DNA of 59,377 bases, the filler included, from Dugesia japonica (Eukaryota): assembly GCA_001938525.1 (NCBI GenBank). It is 6 parts of 6 records of this genome, joined end to end, with 100 filler letters (N's around TTAATTAATTAA, not from the genome) between each part and the next. Parts side by side here need not be neighbours in the genome. Positions count along the whole stretch, not along the records: positions 42,035 to 50,642 come from MQRL01622701.1; positions 50,743 to 59,377 come from MQRL01619907.1; 4 more parts are not named here. One strand, given 5' to 3'. This document shows, piece by piece, positions 49,645-59,377 of the stretch. The notes under the pieces were generated by a model. It was not told the origin of the DNA and did not search any database. It saw only the letters and a list, made by a program, of their open reading frames with translations. The stretch's first letter is position 1. Each line of letters begins with the position of its first letter. Made by a program: the position numbers and the translations under genes.

Positions 49645-50270
49645 ATGACTAAAATTAGTAATCCAAGTGAAAAAACAACGAATTTATCATTTTAACAAAG
49701 ATCGGAAAGAATACTTCTTTGTTATCGAAGCTGATGAGAAATATATATGCCTAATATGCAACAGTTTTGTGTCAGAGACAAAACAACAACGTTGTACGTC
49801 ATTACATAAACAATTAGTTCTTTTGAGGTCAATTATCTGCTTAAATCCGAGTTTATAAAAAAATAATCAATTGAAATCTTGGTTATCTACCTAGCAAGCA
49901 TTTTATATTATTGATTCTTTTAAAATTTCTCATTTGTTGGTAAAACGAAGAAAACAATTTTTAGAAAGTGAACTAATTAAGGAAGCATTTCTAGTTGAAG
50001 GTTGTTCGTATTTTTGAAGGATTTTCTAATAAGCGAGAAATTATTTCAGCAATATAAGATTTACTGTTATCAAATAACACAAATACAAGAAAAATCCAGG
50101 CAATTTCAACAGACTTTCAAAGTCAGTTGAAAACGGGTTTTAAAAGAATGTGAATATCTTTCATTAGAATTAGATGAGTCAGCAGATTTATCAGATACAG
50201 CGCAATTGATAGTAATGATAAAAATGATATACAATGAGAGGTATTTAGAAATGATTACCATAAGCACACT
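49645..50270 (+). pseudogene. hAT (Charlie/SPIN, GTF2IRD2-like) transposase fragment
   Basis: YFFVIEADEKYICLICN, FKISHLL, ELIKEAFL, LSNNTNTRKIQAIS, EYLSLELDESADLSDTAQL. Confidence 0.82.
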
Positions 50271-50642
50271 GCACTTTATAGAAAATGGGAAAAGTTTTAG
50301 ATTAGCCTTTTTACTGTTAAATTTTGATTTTTTTCTTGAGATTACCCAAGCTAAAAATATATATCATATTTATTCGAAGAAATAAAAGAGTCAAATTTGA
50401 AACATGTTTATTATATAATTGGAAAAATGTATTTTGGGAGGGGTAGGAGTTTTTTGAGGTCACATTTAAGAGGCTTCTGATTTTTATGATGATTTCATAG
50501 AATTCCAAAATCTGTTTAAGTTGTGAGACATGATTTATGAACGGTCTATAATAATAATAATAATTTTAATTGTTAGGTTAAGATACAACAACAATTTACT
50601 GCAAATATTTATTAGATATCAAAATAAACTGAATCACTTCTG

Positions 50643-50742
50643 NNNNNNNNNNNNNNNNNNNNNNNNNNNNNNNNNNNNNNNNNNNNTTAATTAATTAANN
50701 NNNNNNNNNNNNNNNNNNNNNNNNNNNNNNNNNNNNNNNNNN
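50643..50742. other. Artificial scaffold-joining spacer
   Basis: 44N-TTAATTAATTAA-44N. Confidence 0.97.
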
Positions 50743-50807
<65 letters not shown>

Positions 50808-53800
50808 ATGTTAATTTTAATTGTGATGTGATGTGTGGGAAAAACGAAATTTGACTCAAAAGGTGTTTGTGCGTGTTGTGTTAAATGCTGCTGGGACCGA
50901 GAAAGTTGTGAGCGCACTGTGTTATGGCAACGAGTTATCGCTCACTTGACTTAAAATCGGTATTAAGTATTTTTTTAATGATTAGTTTCAATTACATGTT
51001 GCTTTCGTAAATAAAATTATAGTTTTAAATTTAAAATAAAAAGATATGTGAAAATCATTGTGAAATGGAAAATCATTCAAAAATGCAACTAACATGGTCG
51101 TAGCGTAAATAACGATTCAATTAAAGATAGGTTATTAAATGTGGAGAAGATGATATTGAAAAATTCATAAAGCGTTGTGAATTGTATTTTGATACTAAAA
51201 CATAACCCAGAAGAAACAACAGGAGACATTAGAATATTGTTTATATTGATGATTTGTTGGAAGAATATGCGAAAACGTGGACAAATATAGAAAGGTTTTA
51301 ACCTCGTTAACGTTTGGCATTTAAGAAAGAGAAAGATGTTATCAAATTTTTTATTTAGAAAAATAAAATAAAATTTTTTTTTATTAAAATTTGATTATTT
51401 ACAGTCGTGTAAACGAAGAGACTCAAATTTATTATGGCGAAATTAGCTTTTGGACTTAACTGTTGATCGTATTTCAGATTTCATTAAAAGCATCAATCAA
51501 AATGGTATTTTTTGTGTTGTTTTGATTTTGTTATTAGTAATAACAGAATCAAGCAACATATAAAACAACATCTTGATCAAAGCTTTTATTTTAATAAAAA
51601 CTATTAATTAAACTATTTATTAAATACTTTTTACTTTCCAATATTTTATTTCTTAACTTTAATTGGAGTAATTTTATCAAGTTTTATTTTTATAATTTAA
51701 CCTAATATAATAAGTTTGATTATAATTTTAAAAATATTGATATTTAAAATTGATATTGACCAAATTGTGAAAATGAATGTTCTAAATAAATCTCTAATAT
51801 CTTATTTATTAGCATAAACACGCTAATTAATAAATCTTAAAAAAATTTTAAAAAAATGAATCTGAAATATGAATTCATAATTTTATTGATATTTCTATAT
51901 TTAGATGCGTGTCTAATAATGATAAATAAACATTTTAATTTCACATCCCAAAAATATCTATTCACATATCCTCAATTCATCATTGTCTAGATTTACCGTG
52001 TCATTTGAAATAATATTTCAAAATATAATAATAATATATTAATATTGTTTTTAAAATATGATTATTTGTTTTATTGAAAGAAAGTACTATATTTTTTACG
52101 CAACATAACTAATATATGATTGTTTATATTTCAGAATAATTTACTAAGTGAATTTAAATTAATTGTTCTAAAGATGATCGGAATGAAGTCCTTATAGTAT
52201 GAAGATGTCTAACGATCACACTTATGTCGAGAAACTACTAGAATAACAAACTAGAATGTAAATTCCAATTTTTTTCAACTGTTGCTATTTTGAGTTTTTT
52301 TAAAATTATTTTTCTGATTATAGCAAATTTAAGAATTAATCAATTTAAACAAAATAAATAATATTTCAAATATAAATCGATAAATTAAATTAAATAAAAC
52401 CAACAAATTAATTTAATAATAATAAACCAATTTATTTAATTAATTAAAATAAATAAAATATAATAATTAAAATAAATCAATAAATAAATTTCAGTAAAAA
52501 TAAAGTTTCACTTTATTAATTGAAATAAATCAGCAGATATATTTAATTAAATAAACTAAATATTATACTATTTAGTTACTATGAATAATTTGTAAGTAGT
52601 TAAATAACCAGACAAATATGACAAACAGTGAGACAATAAATGATTTATTTTCCGAGTAAAAATCTACGTGAACACTGTTAACCATAAACAAATATTTTCA
52701 ATCTCGCTTACTAAGCATCTCGGAATAATATACATTACAGTCACACAAAATATAAAAGATAATCGATGTCAAATTTTGAAATTAATAAATTCCTATTAAA
52801 TATTTATTTTTTAATTAGCCTATATTTCATTACTTTTGTTTTAGACACTTTAAAACGTAATGAAAATTCATGTGAAAATCAATTTAGTTTCAACATTTAT
52901 AATTGTAGTCAATTTCAACACGATAACGCAATAATTAATTTATCATAATCTGTTGTGATTATATAAATAACTCTAATTATCTAATGATAATCAACATACA
53001 TATTAGTCAGTAATACTAAAACAAATAAAAGAAATCAATTTATAATTTGAAAATTATTTTTTACAATAGATTTGTTTTAATCAATTCAGAGTGTAAAATA
53101 TTTGATTCTATTTTATTAAAATTTTCTACTTTCATAATAAAAAATTCAATTGTTTAAAAATGTTATTCATTTTTTAATTTTAATTGAATTAATTATGAAA
53201 ACAAAGGAATGTTAAATTGATAAAAAATAGATGGAAATACAAATCTTAAAGAAATTATTAACAAATTTAATTGGTATTCAATAAATCAAAAGGATTAATA
53301 TTATTTTAATAATTAATATTAATTTGTCAGCAAAATTTAATATTAAAAAATATGAATAATATTTAAAGACTGTTTTCAAAAAAATAAAAATTTAAAAATT
53401 TTAATGATAATGATGATGTAACAATGTTGTATTTTAGGTTCTCTCTATCACTTTAACAATCTTCTATGATAGTAGATGATCTCGCTATTTATTTGATAAT
53501 AAGGTTATTTAAAAGCATATATCAGTTTAATAATGAACGAAGATTACATTTCCTCCTTTAAAATTTTTCCGAGAGTTGATGTAACAAATAATATACTTCT
53601 TAAAATTATTAACGATAAATCACTAAGAGCGTTTAAAAATTTTTGAGATTATTTAGAATGATTTTGTGGCTCCTTTTACAGTTTTTTCTATCGTCAAAAT
53701 TTAACTAATACATAGAAGGCGACTACTTCATGATTGATCGTGTGTCATTAACTCGCAGATTGCATAGCAGATTCTTGAATGTTCGTCAACGCTAGCGATC

Positions 53801-54405
53801 TTTGCTACACATAATGATATGTTGCTCCATTAATTTGATCAAGCTTTTGTGTTGGTGCCTGCTATGTTTAAGCCTGTCACTCAAAATTTGAAACCACTGA
53901 AGTGGAATTAAACAAAAAAAAACGTTTTTCTTAAAGTAATAATTTTTATTTATTCGATTTTCTAAAAATCAAAACATAAATAGGAAATATTACACGAGCA
54001 AATATAAATATTTCAATAATAATAATATCAGAATATTACTTTAAATTATCTAATCTATCTCTACATATAAATTTATCTTCATAAATAATATAAATTTATC
54101 TTCATAAATTATATATATTTATTTATATATTTATTTATAATATATTTTTTTAATAATAATAATTTTAAATAAATGTAAAATAATAATAAATTACATTTTA
54201 AACATTTAATTAAATAATATAATAACAATATAAAATTTAATAATAATAACTATAATACTAATTACCATTTACTAGTGATTATAAGTTATTGTCAATATTC
54301 CTATAATAATAATTATTATTTTACTCTTATAATAATAATTTTATTTTCTAATAATAATTATTAAAAAATTATTTTGTTGTAATTTACATAAATTACTTTT
54401 GTAAT

Positions 54406-54767
54406 TGTTAGTTTTATTAGTTTTCTTCTTCATTTAAATCAACTAAAATAAGACTTTTGTTTCAATACTTTGTTTAAAATACAAATAATTTTTCTTTGAA
54501 ATTCTTCTTGCTTTTTTGAATGCTTCTTTATAAACTTACCTTTCCCAATTTATATTTTTGAATAAATAATAAATTTAAACAAATTTATAATATTTATTAA
54601 AAATATATTTTTTTAAATCTAAAACTTCGAATTTACAGTAATTCAAAAAATAAAGCAATAAATTTTAATAATTAAAATTTTTTACTAATTGTTTACATTA
54701 AAAAATTTAAACTAATAATAGTGCATTAAATTTTAAAATATTTGCAAATTTTTAAAATTACCTAACA
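54406..54767. mobile_element. Solo LTR (TGTTAG...CTAACA family)
   Basis: Colinear with 32274-32620; the flanks GTAAT/ATTAT do not form a clean TSD. Confidence 0.75.
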
Positions 54768-54789
54768 ATTATAATATCCCTTTATTATA

Positions 54790-55554
54790 CATCTACGGTT
54801 ATTACATCCATATAATTATTAATAACAAAATCTTTTTCGGTTTACTCAGGTACAGTTTTTATTTCAACATTTTATTTTAATTGGTCTTTTTCAAATTTTT
54901 CATTTTTATTAATTTCTTCGTTATTTTCTGTTATTTAATTTTATTTTAGTTAATTTATTCAATTTACCATTTTAAATTACACTTTATTAATTTAATTCTT
55001 TTCCTTTCTTCGACATTGGTATTAATTTAAATTTTTCTTACGTTTTATTTTGTTTATTTAATTTCGCTTTGAGTATTATTTATTTCTTTTGAGAAATATT
55101 TTTTCTCATTAATCTTTTCCTTTTTTCTCTTGAATTATTTTCACTATTGTTTCTTTTAATTTTCTCTCGAACCTTAATTTTCATTTCATTTCATTTTTGA
55201 TATTTATTTTTTACAATATTTATTATTTTATTCTTCATTTAAATACAATATAGTTATTTTATTATTACATTTCTTTATTTCGTTTTATTTTATTTCTGAT
55301 CAATGCTTTTACTATCATTTATTATTTCTTTTGAGTATTTAATTAATTATTTCGTTTAATTTTTTAATATTTATTTATGAGTATTTATTTGTATGTTTCT
55401 TTATATTTTATTTGTTTAGTTAATTTTTTCCTTTGAATATCATCATTTCTGCACCCAATTTATTTGATCATTTCATTCTCATTTTAATCATATGTTATTG
55501 CTTCTTTTATTAGTTAATTTCTATTTCTATGTTTGGAACGGTTCCAGCCCAACA
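54790..55554 (-). mobile_element. LTR-like terminus (TGTTGGGCTGGAACC on the minus strand) with purine-rich tract
   Basis: CCAGCCCAACA ends at 55554; same motif family as 41818. Confidence 0.5.
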
Positions 55555-55989
55555 AATATCTAATTTAATATAATAATAAAAAAATTAAAATTTGAAAATC
55601 TTCCATAAATATTTTGCAAAAAATATATTTTAAATTATAGTTTTAATCCATAATTTCAAAATTGTCATTTGACTAAATAATTTTAATTAGAATTTCAATT
55701 AGAATTTTAATAAATTTTAAAATTTTTGCTTGGCCGAAGCTTTGTCTTACATTCCCCTTCTTAAAAATCCTTTAAAATTGCTTCGACATTTCTTTCATTT
55801 ATTTTGTCTTCTGAATTTTTTAAAAAATATAGTCTTTCATAAATTTTCTTTATCACCTTGGATAGACCTACAAAGTTTTCTGTCTTTTCCTCTACCTTCT
55901 ACNTTGATTTGAACTTTGTCTCCAACTTGATAGTAAATCTTTGTTGGCGTCTTATCAAAAGATTATTATTTGTTACATTACTGAACCAT

Positions 55990-56500
55990 CATTCTCTCTG
56001 TTTTTTCCTCCCGAATATTACTTCCGCTGGACTTACTCCTAATGTATTGTGACTTGTTGTGTATATTCAATGCAGTGTATACACTAACTTTGCCTAATCT
56101 TTTTATTTATTAATGTTACATTTATGTAATCTCAAATCGTAGTAAATTGATGATCTACTATTCCATTTGTGTTATGATATGAACCTGAAAAGCAAATGGT
56201 TATATTCATTGAAGCTGTCATCTGTTTAAAGACTTTTGATTCGGAAATCTTACTACAATCGACACATATCTCATTTGAAGCACCAAATTGCAGGATCCAT
56301 TTTTACAAAATTGTTTTCTTTATTGATTCCAAATTTTGTTTAAATTTTATCTATTATGGCACGTATACGTCATTTCCTTTCTAAGGTTTCTTGGAATGGT
56401 CCATAAATATCTACATAAGTACTCCAAAAGGATTCATTAGTCCGTAACTTGTTTTCTCTTTTGTTATGATTTGTAGTTACTTTGTTCATTTGACACGCTG
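55990..56500 (-). pseudogene. Gypsy integrase remnant
   Basis: KWILQFGASNEICVDC, FSGSYHNTNGIVDHQFTTI, HNTLGVSPAEVIFGRK. Confidence 0.7.
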
Positions 56501-56744
56501 TACATTCTTAAATTACTTTTACCACTGTCTCTCTTAATTTTCCAATATAATATTCCTTTTTTAAATATTTATCACTTTTCCATACCCACGTGTACGATTA
56601 CTTTTACATTCTGAATTTTTATTTATGAAGAAATACTTATTTTGCCGCCTTTAGTTTTTATTATATTTTCATTAATCGTGTCCGAGAAAAATTAGAGTTT
56701 ATTGTGAAAGATCCTTTGATTTAAAACCAATGAAAAAACTTTCA

Positions 56745-57200
56745 GTTGAACATAGAATTACTCTCAAGTTTTCGAGTCCATATTATCATAACACAATCGG
56801 AAAAATCCAGAGGTAGTTAAGAACTATGCGGGATATGATAAATGCTACACTTAAAGAAAGGAAAACTTCAGATTAAGCCGATAAATTGCTAAAGATAGTA
56901 TTTACTTTAAATGTTACAAAACAGAAGACCACCGAGAAGAGCCATGTTGAAATCGTATTTGAAAAGAAAGTAAGCAGAGGAAAATCGTACGAAATAGATA
57001 CTTAAAAAGTGCACAAAAAGCAAGATAAAGGATACCTACCAAGAGATAATTCAAGATTAGTGAGAAGGCCTTAGTGAAAGTTTAAACAAGCACAATACCC
57101 AAGATCGATTTGACAAACTCTATAGAATCACGACATACGTTGTACCAAGGAAGATACAAGCGGAACAAATCTTGAAAGAAACGTACGGAAGATCAAAAAA
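56745..57200 (+). pseudogene. Gypsy integrase remnant (opposite orientation)
   Basis: ITLKFSSPYYHNTIGKIQR*LRTMRDMINATL...IVFTLNVTKQKTTEKSHVEIVF. Confidence 0.7.
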
Positions 57201-57842
57201 TTAATTTAATTAAAGGTTTTTCCTTTGTATTTGTTGTGTATAAAGTTTATTTATTTTTACTATGATATTCTAGGTAAGTAAAATATTTTGCGTTTAATGA
57301 TGTGTAGAAGATAAATATTAAATTTGACTTAATTTAAATAAAAAATCTCAAAAAAACTTTTAATTTTAATAAATTATTTCATTTCTATCAATTAAAACGA
57401 CAAATTTTAAGATTCTATAAATTTAAACAAAATATCATTAATTTTACTTAATCTAAACAGAAAATCATTGATTTCACTTAATATAAACATAACAATGAAT
57501 TTCCGGTGATTATGTAAAGGAAACGTGAGTATTATACTATACTATTCTGATTTTGTCGTCATCACACATCGGTAACGTAACGAATTATTCGAAAATCAAT
57601 TATGTCATCGGTTAAAAACATCTAATTAGCTAGTGAGGGAAGGGAAGTGACATTCGAACTCATCCACCTTCTAAAATAATTAAAAGAACTAAATGAAAAA
57701 TATTAAATTTATTTAATGAAAAAACATTTGAAAACATTTCCAGCTTGATGATTTAACAGCACAAAATTATACAAATCTTAACATCAATAAAAAAGAACAA
57801 AGTAAAATGTGTCAATTAGGATTTTTGAATTTATCTCTAATT

Positions 57843-57862
57843 GTAATAATAATAATAATAAC

Positions 57863-57912
<50 letters not shown>

Positions 57913-58150
57913 NNNNNNNNNNNNNNNNNNNNNNNNNNNNNNNNNNNNNNNNNNNNNNNNNNNNNNNNNNNNNNNNNNNNNNNNNNNNNNNNNNNNNNNN
58001 NNNNNNNNNNNNNNNNNNNNNNNNNNNNNNNNNNNNNNNNNNNNNNNNNNNNNNNNNNNNNNNNNNNNNNNNNNNNNNNNNNNNNNNNNNNNNNNNNNNN
58101 NNNNNNNNTATTAATGTTATTATTATTATTGTTATCATTATTATTATCAT
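57843..58150. repeat. (AAT)n/(ATT)n microsatellite spanning a gap
   Basis: Direct inspection. Confidence 0.95.
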
Positions 58151-58160
58151 AATTTTTCTA

Positions 58161-59377
58161 TTAGAAAACACTTTCTTCGTTGCATTTTTGACACTTGAGA
58201 ATGTTTGTATTATATGCTGAAATTTGATGGTAATGCGGAACCATGTTATCGTTATCGTTTGATTCATCTTTTGATAACGATTCATCCGACGAAATAACGT
58301 TTATAGGTTTGACACAATGAGGGTTTGAAATTTCATATGACCAATTTGAATCGGAATTTTTCTGGTATTTTAGACAATCCTTTGATTTTCTATTCGATGT
58401 CAATACGATGAACAATTGCATAAATAGTTCAAACATTTCTACAATACTAATCATAGTTAAACCAATCCAAATACTACACAGACCTCCGATTTGACTGAGA
58501 AATGATGTCAATGATAGAACTTCTTTTTCTTCGACTTTATGCAAATTGAAATTCGGTTTACTAATGAGAATAGCTAATAGATTTCTTTCGAGAATATTGG
58601 TTTGATCAAGAATCTTTGAAGCATCTCTTATTTTACCGTCCTTTATTAATTTTTTTATTTTTCTATATGGTTCAAATTCTGGTTTTTGTATCAATTTGTT
58701 TTCTTTGAAAACTTTATTTCCTAATAGAGATAATTGGTAAGATTTCGTTGGCCACATAGAGGTTGATCTATCACTTTCATAGGATAAAAATGAGCATGGC
58801 ATAGTACAATTTTCAATATAATCTCTATAATAGCGTCTCGTTATTTGTTCTTTACATCGCATATTTTTNACAATATTTTCTAAAATACTGACACAAGTGG
58901 AATTATTTGATGATGAATCCAGTAAACATTCGTTTTTATTAATAAATGATAAACCTGGACTACAAAATGGCAAGCGGCTTGTATTATATGGATATTCAAT
59001 AGCTACACATTTGCATTCTCGTTCAATATCGATTTGAATAGTTGCTTGCTTACATCCTTTTTCCGAATAAACAAATTCTTTATCGAACATTCGCAATCGT
59101 CTCGGAGTGTTTGATGAACAGCGCCCATAGGGTGGTGCTATTCTTATGTTCTCAAATGTCTTCAATCGTATCTCTGTTAAAGTTCCCGGCATTAAACTGA
59201 TGCTTTTTTCATTTATATTAGAAAATGTTTCCGGCCTATCGATGGCTAAGACTGCTCCTGACAATTGAGATTTTATATCATAACGATTACAATCAAGGCA
59301 ATTTATTTCATGCATATCTTCTTCCAAATATAAATACATTTCCATTGTTTTGGTTGTGTTTCGATATTCTGTTTTCA
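58161..59377 (-). CDS. DEG/ENaC (amiloride-sensitive sodium channel family) subunit, 3' part; the frame stays open beyond the window end
   Basis: ISLMPGTLTEI, PPYGRC, YSEKGC...CKC, Cys-rich thumb, CTMPC..LSY, WPT, TM2 LTSFLSQIGGLCSIWIGLTMISIVEMFE; no introns over ~1.2 kb. Confidence 0.93.
   Translation of the reverse strand, partial: KTEYRNTTKTMEMYLYLEEDMHEINCLDCNRYDIKSQLSGAVLAIDRPETFSNINEKSISLMPGTLTEIRLKTFENIRIAPPYGRCSSNTPRRLRMFDKEFVYSEKGCKQATIQIDIERECKCVAIEYPYNTSRLPFCSPGLSFINKNECLLDSSSNNSTCVSILENIXKNMRCKEQITRRYYRDYIENCTMPCSFLSYESDRSTSMWPTKSYQLSLLGNKVFKENKLIQKPEFEPYRKIKKLIKDGKIRDASKILDQTNILERNLLAILISKPNFNLHKVEEKEVLSLTSFLSQIGGLCSIWIGLTMISIVEMFELFMQLFIVLTSNRKSKDCLKYQKNSDSNWSYEISNPHCVKPINVISSDESLSKDESNDNDNMVPHYHQISAYNTNILKCQKCNEESVF

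Noticed and set aside
51130-51350. Gag-like snippet DIEKFIKRCELYF
   Set aside because: Too short and too degraded to call.
53560-53899. hAT-like terminus (CAGTGGTTTCAAA on the minus strand)
   Set aside because: No partner TIR or 8-bp TSD found.

Overview
AT-rich eukaryotic genomic DNA, most likely from a triclad flatworm (planarian). That assignment is an inference from the GPCR and DEG/ENaC types, the 45-48 nt introns, the (ATT)n tracts and the TE content. The window is not one locus: it is six ~9-12 kb scaffolds joined by identical artificial 100-nt spacers (44N-TTAATTAATTAA-44N at 9831, 19664, 29773, 41935 and 50643). The main finding fills scaffold 3 (19764-29637, minus strand). It is a decayed, virus-like Ty3/Gypsy retroelement whose reading frames run: ubiquitin/SUMO-like domain ending in GG > AT-hook > Bcl-2-like domain > internal signal peptide and chuvirus-type (class III) fusion glycoprotein > (same frame) two tandem aspartic proteases > dUTPase-like fold > RT (YIDD) > RNase H > [N gap] > second mucin-like type-I membrane protein > coiled-coil protein > BIR-RING IAP. 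So the env lies 5' of pol, no gag is visible, and the element carries two classes of apoptosis regulator. Other mobile elements: a NeSL-clade non-LTR element (Ulp1 protease, RT, REL endonuclease) with a 27-bp flanking duplication, nested in a repeat shared with Polinton/adintovirus-like gene remnants (core-protein-like gene, penton, apparently spliced adenain protease); solo LTRs with 5-bp TSDs; Gypsy, hAT and Penelope fragments; a Helitron; and a convergent pair of paralogous spliced coiled-coil pseudogenes. Host genes: an intronless orphan rhodopsin-like GPCR, four exons of a divergent Cav alpha-1 domain III, and the 3' part of a DEG/ENaC channel gene.
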